Assembly: GCA_038061755.1 (NCBI GenBank)
Contig: JBBTYN010000002.1
Location: 79,312 to 143,311 of the forward strand
Length of the DNA: 64,000 nt
DNA from: Patescibacteria group bacterium
GTDB taxonomy: Bacteria > Patescibacteriota > Minisyncoccia > Phycocordibacterales > UBA9973
Direction of reading: 5' to 3'
The notes under the pieces are model-generated. The model was not told the origin of the DNA, did no database searches, and was given only the letters and a program-made list of their open reading frames with translations. A program made the position numbers and the translations under genes. The number at the start of each line of letters is the position of its first letter. Position 1 is the stretch's first letter. Positions 39,366 through 48,114 of this stretch are shown piece after piece.

Positions 39366-40712
39366 ATGTCAAAAAGAAACTTTATACTTTTAATAATAAT
39401 CATAGTTATCGCATTAATTGCAATTTTTGGATATTTTTATTTTAACCAAGGAACAAATACACCAGGAGGAGATGACACAGGTACAAACTTTATTTCACAA
39501 TTTTATCCATTTAGAAATAACAACAATGCAACAAAACCTACCACCACAACGCCTCCCATTGATGTCTCAGACTACCAGCCACCAATGGATGTAGTAACTG
39601 TAAAATTAAAAAAAGTTTCAAGCATGCCTATTGCAGGCTTTACTGTATTTTCTAAAGAAAGGTTAAAAGATGTGCCCATAGTAACACCGGTCTTAGAAAC
39701 CGATGCCACTACCGAAAATCCTGCTCCTAAGATAACCAAGCCGACTCCACCACTAACCGAATTTATGCCAGCCTTGAGGTATGTGGAAAGAACTACGGGA
39801 AATATTTACCAGACTTTTGCAGATAAAATAGAAGAAAGAAAATTTTCCACGACTATTATTCCTATGGTTTATGAAGCATTTTTTGGAAACAAGGGAAATT
39901 CTGTAGTTATGAGATATTTAAAGGGAGATGCTAAAACTATTATAACTTTTGTTGGGACTCTACCAAAAGAATTTCTTGGCGCAGACACCACTGACAATAA
40001 TGAAATAAAAGGAACGTTCCTTCCAGAAGACACAGAAGATGTAAGCCTATCAAGCGATAATCTTACTCTATTTTATCTTTTCAACTCTGGAGACAATATA
40101 ATTGGCACAACTTTAAATTTAGTAAATAATAAAAAAGTTCAAGTTTTTGATTCACCATTTACTGAGTGGTTATCATTATTCCCAAATAATAAAATGATTA
40201 CTTTTACCACCAAACCTTCGTTTCTAATACCTGGATATATGTATGCGCTAAATCCTACTAATAAAAATTACAATTTCCATGAAATCTTAGGCAATATAAA
40301 CGGGCTTACCACTCTCACCAGCTCTGATGGAAAATTAGTTCTTTATAGTAATGATAATTTATCACTCAACATTTATCACATAAATACAAAAGTTTCTGAT
40401 GCCCTAGTTGTAAAAACATTAGCAGAAAAATGTGTTTGGAATAAAAATAGTGATGCTATTTATTGCGGAGTACCAAAATCTATATCTGGCACTCAATATC
40501 CAGATAGTTGGTATCAAGGAGAAGTTTCTTTTTCAGACCAAATTTGGAAAATAGATATTAAAACTAAAAATGCAACAATGATTGCAGATCCAGCCACTAT
40601 GGTTGGCGGGGAAGATATCGATAGCATAAAACTTGCGCTAGATGATGGAGAAAACTATTTATTTTTTGTAAATAAAAAAGATTCTTTCCTTTGGGAACTT
40701 GAGCTTAAATAA
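39366..40712 (+). CDS. Hypothetical membrane-anchored secreted protein (448 aa)
   Basis: N-terminal TM LLIIIIVIALIAIFGYFYF followed by a T/P-rich linker. It is the last gene of the cluster. Confidence 0.5.
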   Translation: MSKRNFILLIIIIVIALIAIFGYFYFNQGTNTPGGDDTGTNFISQFYPFRNNNNATKPTTTTPPIDVSDYQPPMDVVTVKLKKVSSMPIAGFTVFSKERLKDVPIVTPVLETDATTENPAPKITKPTPPLTEFMPALRYVERTTGNIYQTFADKIEERKFSTTIIPMVYEAFFGNKGNSVVMRYLKGDAKTIITFVGTLPKEFLGADTTDNNEIKGTFLPEDTEDVSLSSDNLTLFYLFNSGDNIIGTTLNLVNNKKVQVFDSPFTEWLSLFPNNKMITFTTKPSFLIPGYMYALNPTNKNYNFHEILGNINGLTTLTSSDGKLVLYSNDNLSLNIYHINTKVSDALVVKTLAEKCVWNKNSDAIYCGVPKSISGTQYPDSWYQGEVSFSDQIWKIDIKTKNATMIADPATMVGGEDIDSIKLALDDGENYLFFVNKKDSFLWELELK

Positions 40713-41199
40713 CTCCCACGTATTTAATAACAACTCGACGATCACGCCCGATGCCTACAGATTCAGTCTTTAGGTCACTTGATTCAGACAAAAATTCATG
40801 AATAATTCTTCGCTCAAAAGAGGACATTGGATCAACTTCTATATTAGACTTAAAATACCTAGCTCTTTCTGACATCATATGAGCTACTGCGCGAATATTT
40901 TCAACATGTTTTTTTTGAAAACCATTTATATCAATAATAATTGCTGTCCCAAAGCAAGGCTTAGGGGATTCCCCTAAGCCTTGCTTTGGGGTTGTTTTTG
41001 ATTCTATAATCCTATGAGCAAGGTAGTTTAATGCGTGCAAGCCATCACCATCGTGTCCAATAAAAAAATGCGGCTCACTAACTTCCACAGAAACCCATAT
41101 ATTTTTAGGTTCATCATCAATAATTGAAATTTTATTTAATTTTACTGTAGTTTTTTCAATTAATTCTTTTATTAAATTTTGAATTTCTTCTTTTTCCAT
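40705..41199 (-). CDS. jag: Jag/KhpB (KH + R3H domain RNA-binding protein), with an in-frame palindromic insertion in the linker
   Basis: Jag_N-like start, KH segment (FFIGHDGDGLHALNYLAHRI) and an R3H C-terminus (SSFERRIIHEFL...GIGRDRRVVI). Confidence 0.8.
   Translation of the reverse strand: MEKEEIQNLIKELIEKTTVKLNKISIIDDEPKNIWVSVEVSEPHFFIGHDGDGLHALNYLAHRIIESKTTPKQGLGESPKPCFGTAIIIDINGFQKKHVENIRAVAHMMSERARYFKSNIEVDPMSSFERRIIHEFLSESSDLKTESVGIGRDRRVVIKYVGVI
40948..40990. repeat. Perfect 20-bp-stem, 3-nt-loop GC-rich hairpin inside the jag CDS
   Basis: CCCAAAGCAAGGCTTAGGGG-att-CCCCTAAGCCTTGCTTTGGG encodes ...TPKQGLGESPKPCFGT... on the minus strand, in frame. Confidence 0.65.
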
Positions 41200-41200
41200 A

Positions 41201-41929
41201 TTATTTAATTACAATCTTGAAATTTTTTTCTCTTTTAACATAAATCTGTTGCACAACCATAAAAAGATTACTGGTAATCCAGTAAAGTGCTACTGCTCCA
41301 GAAATACTATAAGCGATAAAAGCAATAACAAATGGAAAAACATATTTCATTTGCGTACTCATACTTTTAGTAAAAGATTCTTGAAAAGAGCCCTTGTTAC
41401 TTGAAGTAGAAATGGACGGTTGTGGCATATAATAAGCCTGCAAATATTGGGAAACGCCAGCTAAGACCGCTAAAAGCCAACTTTTTTGTGTTATATCAAG
41501 AACTCCCAAGAAAATCATATTTATCTTCTCAGGAATATTAACAAAAGAATATAACAACCCGCTTTCAAAATTTAAACCTTTAAAAAATACATAATATAAA
41601 GCAAAAATAACCGGAATCTGAATTAAAACCAAAAGACATCCTGAAAAAGGATTAGTGTTATGTTTTTTATATAATTCAAATGTTTGTTTGGCTTGTTCTT
41701 CTTTCGAAGCTCCACTTGCTTTTATTTTGTTAATCTCAGGATTTAAAATATTCATCTCTACCTGACTTTCAATTGATTTTTGAGACAAAGGAAAAAGAAT
41801 AATTTTAACAAGAATAGTAAGAATAATAACTGCAACACCAACATCTCCACCAGGGACAATTGACACCAAAAAAGCTAGCGCGTTTAATAATGGCTGATAT
41901 AAAATAGTATTCCATATATTTGTAAGCAT
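41201..41929 (-). CDS. yidC: Membrane protein insertase YidC (short form)
   Basis: About 5 TM helices and the conserved FPLSQKSIESQVEMN motif, in the rnpA-yidD-yidC-jag order. Confidence 0.85.
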   Translation of the reverse strand: MLTNIWNTILYQPLLNALAFLVSIVPGGDVGVAVIILTILVKIILFPLSQKSIESQVEMNILNPEINKIKASGASKEEQAKQTFELYKKHNTNPFSGCLLVLIQIPVIFALYYVFFKGLNFESGLLYSFVNIPEKINMIFLGVLDITQKSWLLAVLAGVSQYLQAYYMPQPSISTSSNKGSFQESFTKSMSTQMKYVFPFVIAFIAYSISGAVALYWITSNLFMVVQQIYVKREKNFKIVIK

Positions 41930-41959
41930 TCTCTCATTCTATACGAAAATACTTAAAAA

Positions 41960-42181
41960 TCAAATAACTGGATCAATATGATTCTTTTGCCAAGGATGGC
42001 AACGTAAAATACGAAAAAAACCTAGGTAAATTCCTTTTAATACTCCGTACTTTTCTATGGCTTGTTTTGTGTATTCTGAACAAGTAGGATAAAAAACGCA
42101 ACTAGGTTTTGTAAAAATAGAAATATATTTTTGATAAAAATTAATTAATTTTTGAAAGTATATTTTTAATTTCATTTTCAA
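41960..42181 (-). CDS. yidD: Membrane protein insertion efficiency factor YidD
   Basis: FYPTCSEYTKQAIEKYGVLKGIYLGFFRILRCHPW. Confidence 0.85.
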   Translation of the reverse strand: MKMKLKIYFQKLINFYQKYISIFTKPSCVFYPTCSEYTKQAIEKYGVLKGIYLGFFRILRCHPWQKNHIDPVI

Positions 42182-42464
42182 TTATTGAAATATCTTCCTG
42201 ATATTTTTTAAAAACAAAAACACCTACAAGTCCAGAAGGGAATTGCTCTATATATTTCTTCAAAGCAGAATACCCACGTCTTCTGAGTAAATTTCTCTTT
42301 ACTACAAGCTTAACTACACCCTTAGGAGCTATAAAAGAAATTTTTACTATTTTAGTGTGATTTTTAAAATATTTAAAAGTAAAATTAGAAGAAATAATAA
42401 CTTTCCCTTGTTTAAAGATCAAATCTACTTCTTTTTTACTAGCTCTATTCTTTTTAGGTAGCAT
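42141..42464 (-). CDS. rnpA: RNase P protein component
   Basis: 107 aa and basic, with LPKKNRASKKEVDLIFKQGK...KRNLLRRRGYSALK, following rpmH. Confidence 0.8.
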   Translation of the reverse strand: MLPKKNRASKKEVDLIFKQGKVIISSNFTFKYFKNHTKIVKISFIAPKGVVKLVVKRNLLRRRGYSALKKYIEQFPSGLVGVFVFKKYQEDISIIENEIKNILSKIN

Positions 42465-42469
42465 GATAG

Positions 42470-42604
42470 CTATACAGACAATTTTTTTCTGCCTTTTTGA
42501 CGCCTTCTTTTTAGAACTTCCTTTCCAGTTTTTATTCTAGATCTAACTAAAAATCCATGGGCTCTTGCTCTTTTTCTCTTTTTGGGTTGATATGTAACTG
42601 ACAT
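42470..42604 (-). CDS. rpmH: 50S ribosomal protein L34
   Basis: Hand translation gives [44 protein letters not shown] (44 aa). It is below the ORF-track size cutoff. Confidence 0.85.
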   Translation of the reverse strand: MSVTYQPKKRKRARAHGFLVRSRIKTGKEVLKRRRQKGRKKLSV

Positions 42605-42724
42605 AATTAGAGTTTACAATATTATTAAGAATAAATCAAATTTAATTTTTATCCACAGCTTATCAACAGAGTTAATAAGCTTTTTAAAGTATCTTCTAAT
42701 TTATAAATAGTATAATATGAGATC
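42605..42724. promoter_or_regulatory. dnaA upstream region with DnaA boxes (part of oriC / dnaA promoter)
   Basis: A perfect TTATCCACA at 42650-42658 is immediately followed by the variant TTATCAACA. The region lies between rpmH and dnaA, the canonical oriC location. Confidence 0.5.
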
Positions 42725-44068
42725 ATGGATATAAATACAAAACAGTTGTGGAAAAATTGTTTGCTAAAAATTGAATCTGGTATGTCTAAGGCAAATTTTA
42801 GCACATGGTTTAGAAACACGTCTATTGCAAAAGAAGAAAATGGGGTTATTTATATAGGGGTGCCAAATGAATTTGTCCGTGATTGGCTTATAAATAAATA
42901 TCATAAACTTATAACTAAAACCATAGCAGAAAATTATGAAAATATGCGCGCTGTAGAATATATAATTATAAAAATAGAAAACCCTAAACAAGAAATAATA
43001 ATAAACGAAACCATAGAAAAAGAGCTACCCTTAAGAGATTTATACATAAACCCGGAAAACAATTTGAACCCACGTTACCATTTTAATTCTTTTATTGTTG
43101 GAACTTTTAATGAACTCGCATACGCAGCATCACAGGCAATAATAGAATCACCAGGAACAAAATATAATCCATTTTTTATTTATGGAGGTACCGGTCTTGG
43201 AAAGACTCATCTAATTCAAGCTGTAGGAAATTCAATAAAAGATAAGTATCCTGATAAAAAAGTGCATTATATGACTTTAGAAAAGTTCGCAACAGATTTT
43301 ATAAACTCTCTTCAAGGGAATAAAGCAAATTCTTTTAAAGAAAAATATCGCAAATATGATCTTTTAATTATAGATGATATTCAATTTATTGGTAAAATGG
43401 AAAAAATTCAAGAAGAACTTTTTCATACATTTAATACTTTTTATGAAAATAATAAACAAATTATTTTTTCTTCCGACAAACACCCTAATTATATTCCAGA
43501 ATTAGCAGATCGTTTAAAATCCCGCTTTGCCGCAGGAATGATTGTGGATGTTACTGAACCAGAATATGAATCTCGTCTCGCAATTATAAAAGTAAGGCTT
43601 CGTGAACTTAATATTGTTTTAGAAGAGGATTTAATTGAATATGTTGCAACATCTATACAAGGAAATATTCGTGAACTTGAAGGAAGTTTAAATCTTATTA
43701 TTTGCCAATATCGCCTTAAAAACAAAGCCCCAACACTCACAGAAGTTAAAAACCTACTAAAAAACAGTATGAAACCAAAAAAGAATATGGCAATAAAAGA
43801 TGTTGTAAAAATTGTGGCCGAATATTATAAATTAGAAGAAATGTCTATTTATGAAAAAACTAGAAAAAAAGAAATAGTTAAAACTAGACAAATTATAATG
43901 TATCTGCTTCGTGAAGATTTTAGTGTCTCTTATCCATTAATAGGACAAAAATTAGGTGGAAAAGACCATACAACAGTGATGCATTCATGTGTAAAAATTA
44001 AAGAAGATTTAAAAAATGACCCACAATTAATACAGGAATTAGAACAAATAAGAATTATGTTTAAATAA
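42725..44068 (+). CDS. dnaA: Chromosomal replication initiator DnaA
   Basis: N-terminal LWKNCL..., AAA+ motifs NPFFIYGGTGLGKTHL and LLIIDDIQF, and a C-terminal DNA-binding domain (KTRKKEIVKTRQIIMYL...LIGQKLGGKDHTTVMHS). Confidence 0.95.
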   Translation: MDINTKQLWKNCLLKIESGMSKANFSTWFRNTSIAKEENGVIYIGVPNEFVRDWLINKYHKLITKTIAENYENMRAVEYIIIKIENPKQEIIINETIEKELPLRDLYINPENNLNPRYHFNSFIVGTFNELAYAASQAIIESPGTKYNPFFIYGGTGLGKTHLIQAVGNSIKDKYPDKKVHYMTLEKFATDFINSLQGNKANSFKEKYRKYDLLIIDDIQFIGKMEKIQEELFHTFNTFYENNKQIIFSSDKHPNYIPELADRLKSRFAAGMIVDVTEPEYESRLAIIKVRLRELNIVLEEDLIEYVATSIQGNIRELEGSLNLIICQYRLKNKAPTLTEVKNLLKNSMKPKKNMAIKDVVKIVAEYYKLEEMSIYEKTRKKEIVKTRQIIMYLLREDFSVSYPLIGQKLGGKDHTTVMHSCVKIKEDLKNDPQLIQELEQIRIMFK

Positions 44069-44213
44069 TTACAAATAATTATTAGATAGTTGTTAGACTT
44101 AAATTAAAAAATAAATTTAATAAAATACTAATATAAAACAACATAAAATGTATTTATACACTTATTAACACAACTAATATTATTAATAAATTAAATATAT
44201 AATATATAAACAT
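44069..44213. other. Extremely AT-rich dnaA-dnaN spacer, candidate DNA-unwinding element of oriC
   Basis: 145 bp of well over 85% A+T with box-like 9-mers (ttatacact). Its position between dnaA and dnaN is typical for a bipartite origin. Confidence 0.4.
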
Positions 44214-45311
44214 ATGAAACTAGAATGCTCTGTGGAAAAAATTAAAAACGCTGTTTCTCAAGTGGAAAGAATTACTGGTAAAAATTTAACTTTGCCAATA
44301 TTGAATTCAATTTTATTAATTGCTTCTGGTAATTCATTAAAACTTCGATCTACAAATTTAAATCTTGGTATTGAAATTGAAATTCCAGTAAAAATGGAAA
44401 AAGAAGGAACTCTTGCTATTTCTGGTTCTATATTAAATGCTGTTTTTTTAAATATTTCTCAAAATGAGAATGTATTTTTTGAAAATATAGATGAGAATTT
44501 ATTAATTAAGACAAAAAAAAGTAAAATAAAACTAAAAAGCCAACCTTATGAAGATTTTCCAACAATACCAAAAGTTATTGGAAAAAGTTTTGAAATAGAA
44601 TCAACTAAATTAATTGATGGTATAAAAGCGGTTTATTATAGTTCTTCTGTTTCAGACATAAAACCTGAAATTTCAAGTGTTTTTATGTATACCAATGAGG
44701 ATAATCTAATTTTTGTTTCTACGGACTCTTTTAGATTGGCTGAAAAAAAGGTTAAAGTAAAGGGATTGGAGGAAATTTCAGGAATTCTTTTACCATATAA
44801 AAATATAGGAGAAATATTAAAAGTTTTTGGGGAGTTTAAGGGTATTATAAAAGTGTGTTTTAATAAAAATCAAATTTCCTTTTCTTCTGATAATGTTTAT
44901 TTAACTTCACGAATTATTGATGGAATTTTTCCAGATTATAGGCAAATTATTCCAAAAGATTTTTTGACTGATGTGGTGGTACTTAAGCAAGATTTATTAA
45001 ATGCATTAAAATTATCAAATGTTTTTTCAGATAAATTTAATCAAGTTAATTTAAAAATTTCACCAAAAGAAAAAGTCTTTGAACTTTCTTCTTCAAACAA
45101 TGATATTGGAGAAAATAAAACATATCTAGATGCTGTCCTTAAAGGAGAAATTATTGAATTAAGTTTTAATTATAAATATTTTTTAGATTGTTTTCAATCA
45201 ATCAACACTGACAGTGTTTCTATAAAACTGTCTGGAGTTTCTCGTCCAATAGTTATTTCTGCTGTTTCTGATTCATCTTTTACTTATCTTATAATGCCGA
45301 TGAATAGGTAG
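44214..45311 (+). CDS. dnaN: DNA polymerase III beta sliding clamp
   Basis: 365 aa with a three-domain clamp pattern (MKLECSVEKIKNAVSQVERI...), immediately after dnaA. Confidence 0.9.
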   Translation: MKLECSVEKIKNAVSQVERITGKNLTLPILNSILLIASGNSLKLRSTNLNLGIEIEIPVKMEKEGTLAISGSILNAVFLNISQNENVFFENIDENLLIKTKKSKIKLKSQPYEDFPTIPKVIGKSFEIESTKLIDGIKAVYYSSSVSDIKPEISSVFMYTNEDNLIFVSTDSFRLAEKKVKVKGLEEISGILLPYKNIGEILKVFGEFKGIIKVCFNKNQISFSSDNVYLTSRIIDGIFPDYRQIIPKDFLTDVVVLKQDLLNALKLSNVFSDKFNQVNLKISPKEKVFELSSSNNDIGENKTYLDAVLKGEIIELSFNYKYFLDCFQSINTDSVSIKLSGVSRPIVISAVSDSSFTYLIMPMNR

Positions 45312-45313
45312 TT

Positions 45314-45571
45314 ATGATTGAGATTAAAGATTTACTAGCTAGATTTAACAATATTCTTCTTTCTGAAGAAGGGAAAAAAGAAGTTATTAGAAAAACTATT
45401 TCCGAGATTATTAAAACAGAGATAAAATCTCAAGATTTTCAAATAAAAAATAATATAATTTATTTAAATATTAAACCAATTTATAAAAACGAAATTTTTA
45501 TAAAACAAGGTCAGATTCTTTTAAAGCTTGAGGAATCTTTTGGCAAAAGAACTCCTACTAGTTTATTTTAA
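45314..45571 (+). CDS. Small hypothetical protein downstream of dnaN
   Basis: 85 aa, start 3 nt after the dnaN stop. No family recognised. Confidence 0.4.
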   Translation: MIEIKDLLARFNNILLSEEGKKEVIRKTISEIIKTEIKSQDFQIKNNIIYLNIKPIYKNEIFIKQGQILLKLEESFGKRTPTSLF

Positions 45572-48086
45572 AAATTAAATCAGTTTCACTACTATTATAA
45601 ACTGTGTCGTAGGAAATTAATTTTAGCTCATTTTCGTTTTGTATGGTTTCTAATTCTTTTGGTATAAAAGAAAAACTAAAAGGAGATTTTATTGTTTCTA
45701 AATATATCCCATTTATAAAAATATCTATTTTTTGCAAAGGAAAAACACCAGAACTTAAAATTTTTAAGTTTATTTTTTGGTCAGGCAAATAAGTTGTTGT
45801 ATTATTTGGTTCAATAATAGAAACCCTTGGTTGGTTTAAGGAAGTGTGTACATCATCTAAGGCAGTTGGTTTTTCACTCAATGTTGTTGTGGAATATTTG
45901 TTTTTATTTTGTGCCCACCAGTTTTGCACTGGGATCTCCCAGTGATTAAATTGAGTACTATTATCTCCTTCTCCCAAAGGAGCTGGTCCTAAAATATTAT
46001 TCCGATCTACCCAATATAAAATTGAGTGCACATTTGTGATAACTTTTTCTTGCAAGGCTTCCTTGGGTGTATTAGGAGTGGATAATTTAAGAGAGATTTT
46101 ATCTATAAAAAAGTTTTCATTTCCTTGCCAAAATCCACGAAGAGCCGGTTTTATTTTAGTCGGATCAGTTTCTAAATCTGGTTTTTCGAAACTTTCAGAA
46201 GGGATTGTTTTTAATGCTTCAGTTATAAATTTATTCCAAATCGGTCCCGCTACCGCCGCCCCTCCTTTTTTCATTGGTTTATTGTCATTATTGCCAGCCC
46301 AGACACCTACGACGAGAGAGGGAGAATACCCAATAGTCCAAGCATCCTTATTATTATTTGTGGTTCCTGTCTTTACTGCGACATCTTTATTTGGGATATA
46401 AAGAACTGAATGCGATCCAAAAGTTGGCACCCGAGCTTTTTCGTCGGAGAGAATGTCTGAAATAGTTAAGGCTGTATTTTTAGGTAAAACTTTCTGCGAA
46501 TTAGGTTGATATTGTTCTAAAATTTTTCCAGTTAAATCTTGCACTTCTAAAATTCCAGTATATGAATTTTTTATGCCATTGTTTGCAAAAACTCCATAAG
46601 CTGACGTTATATCTAAAAGTGAAACTTCTCCACCTCCAATAACAAGAGTAAGCCCATAACGAGCAATATCTTTTAAGGTGCTAATTCCAACATCCTCGGC
46701 TGTTTTTAATGAGTCGGGAAGTCCCGCTAGGTAAAAAAGTTTTACCGCTATAATGTTGATTGATTGGGCTAAAGCATCCCGAAGACTTATTGGTCCACGA
46801 AATTTTCCATCATAATTGTCCGGCATATAACAATCTTCTTGATTATGTCCAGAGAGAGCCTTTCCGTAAGGGTCGCAGGTTGTCTGGAATTCTGTAGGTA
46901 GGTCAAAGAGCACAGTGTCTGGAGTAAAGCCCTTATTGAAGGCTGTAGCGTAAATAAAAGGCTTAAAAGATGACCCTGGTTGCCGAGTGGCCGTCGTTAT
47001 ATTGAAATTACCGTCAATTGTTTTATCAAAATAATCCCTTGATCCTACCATTGTTAAAATTTGTCCTGTTTTTGGATCTATGGCTACCAATCCTGCATTG
47101 CTTCCATCCCAATCTTTTTCATTTTTAAGTGCACCATCTTTTACAATTTGTTCTGCTTTATCTTGCAGGTCTGTATCTAAGGTAGTGGTAACTTTTAACC
47201 CACCAATTTTTACCATTTCATTTCCATATTTTTGTTCCAGATAATCTTTAATCCAAAAAACAAAATGTGGCGCCCTAATCCCGAGGATTGCTTGTGGGAC
47301 AAAAACAACTACTTCACTTTTAGCTTTATCATATTCTTCTTTAGTAATAAATTTAAGTTGGAGCATTCTTGAAAGCACTAAATTTTTTCTAGCCTCCAAC
47401 TTATCTTTGTTTTTACCATAAGGCGAAAGAGTCGTTGGAGATTGTGGAATAGATGCCAAGTATGCGGCCTCCGCTAATGTTAAATCAATCGCATCTTTAT
47501 TAAAATAAGTTTTACTTGCAGTTTCTATGCCGTAAACATTCCCCCCATAGGGAATTTCATTTAAATAAGCTTCCAGAATCTTATCTTTTGGCATAGAATT
47601 GTCTATCTTAATTGCCAAAACCCACTCTTTTATTTTTCTAATATAACTTCTATTTGTCGTTAAGAGAGTATTTTTAACCAATTGCTGAGTTATAGTTGAT
47701 CCGCCACCCCCTATTCCAATGTGAAATATATTAGAGAAAAGAGCCCGAATTGTGGAAGTTACCTTAACTCCACTATGAGTGTAAAATTCAGCGTCTTCAA
47801 TAGCAACTGTCGCATTTTTTATGTTTGAACTCATCTGTTCAAATGATACATTGGTTCTTTTTATATCTTGATGGATATCATAAAGTAAAATTTTCCCTGT
47901 GCGGTCATATATCTGAGTAGAGTTCGAAACTTTTCTATCTTCAAATGAATGAAAATCCGGAATTTTTAAAGAAGATAGTAGAATAACAAGGATACTGGTC
48001 GCAAAAATAAAAAGACTAGCACTAAGTAGCAAAATATTTTTAAATAATTTATTTTTTGTGTTGGATTTTTTCATTACTTTAATCAT
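45558..48086 (-). CDS. Bifunctional class A penicillin-binding protein (glycosyltransferase + transpeptidase)
   Basis: GT51 motifs EDAEFYTHSGV and GGSTITQQLVKN, and transpeptidase motifs SGSSFKPF...KTG. The start is taken at the internal MIKVMKK just before the TM anchor; the ORF-track N-terminal extension is unlikely to be real. Confidence 0.85.
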   Translation of the reverse strand: MIKVMKKSNTKNKLFKNILLLSASLFIFATSILVILLSSLKIPDFHSFEDRKVSNSTQIYDRTGKILLYDIHQDIKRTNVSFEQMSSNIKNATVAIEDAEFYTHSGVKVTSTIRALFSNIFHIGIGGGGSTITQQLVKNTLLTTNRSYIRKIKEWVLAIKIDNSMPKDKILEAYLNEIPYGGNVYGIETASKTYFNKDAIDLTLAEAAYLASIPQSPTTLSPYGKNKDKLEARKNLVLSRMLQLKFITKEEYDKAKSEVVVFVPQAILGIRAPHFVFWIKDYLEQKYGNEMVKIGGLKVTTTLDTDLQDKAEQIVKDGALKNEKDWDGSNAGLVAIDPKTGQILTMVGSRDYFDKTIDGNFNITTATRQPGSSFKPFIYATAFNKGFTPDTVLFDLPTEFQTTCDPYGKALSGHNQEDCYMPDNYDGKFRGPISLRDALAQSINIIAVKLFYLAGLPDSLKTAEDVGISTLKDIARYGLTLVIGGGEVSLLDITSAYGVFANNGIKNSYTGILEVQDLTGKILEQYQPNSQKVLPKNTALTISDILSDEKARVPTFGSHSVLYIPNKDVAVKTGTTNNNKDAWTIGYSPSLVVGVWAGNNDNKPMKKGGAAVAGPIWNKFITEALKTIPSESFEKPDLETDPTKIKPALRGFWQGNENFFIDKISLKLSTPNTPKEALQEKVITNVHSILYWVDRNNILGPAPLGEGDNSTQFNHWEIPVQNWWAQNKNKYSTTTLSEKPTALDDVHTSLNQPRVSIIEPNNTTTYLPDQKINLKILSSGVFPLQKIDIFINGIYLETIKSPFSFSFIPKELETIQNENELKLISYDTVYNSSETDLIFKIN

Positions 48087-48114
48087 AGCAGAAAATGTGG
48101 TAGAATCCAGAAAT

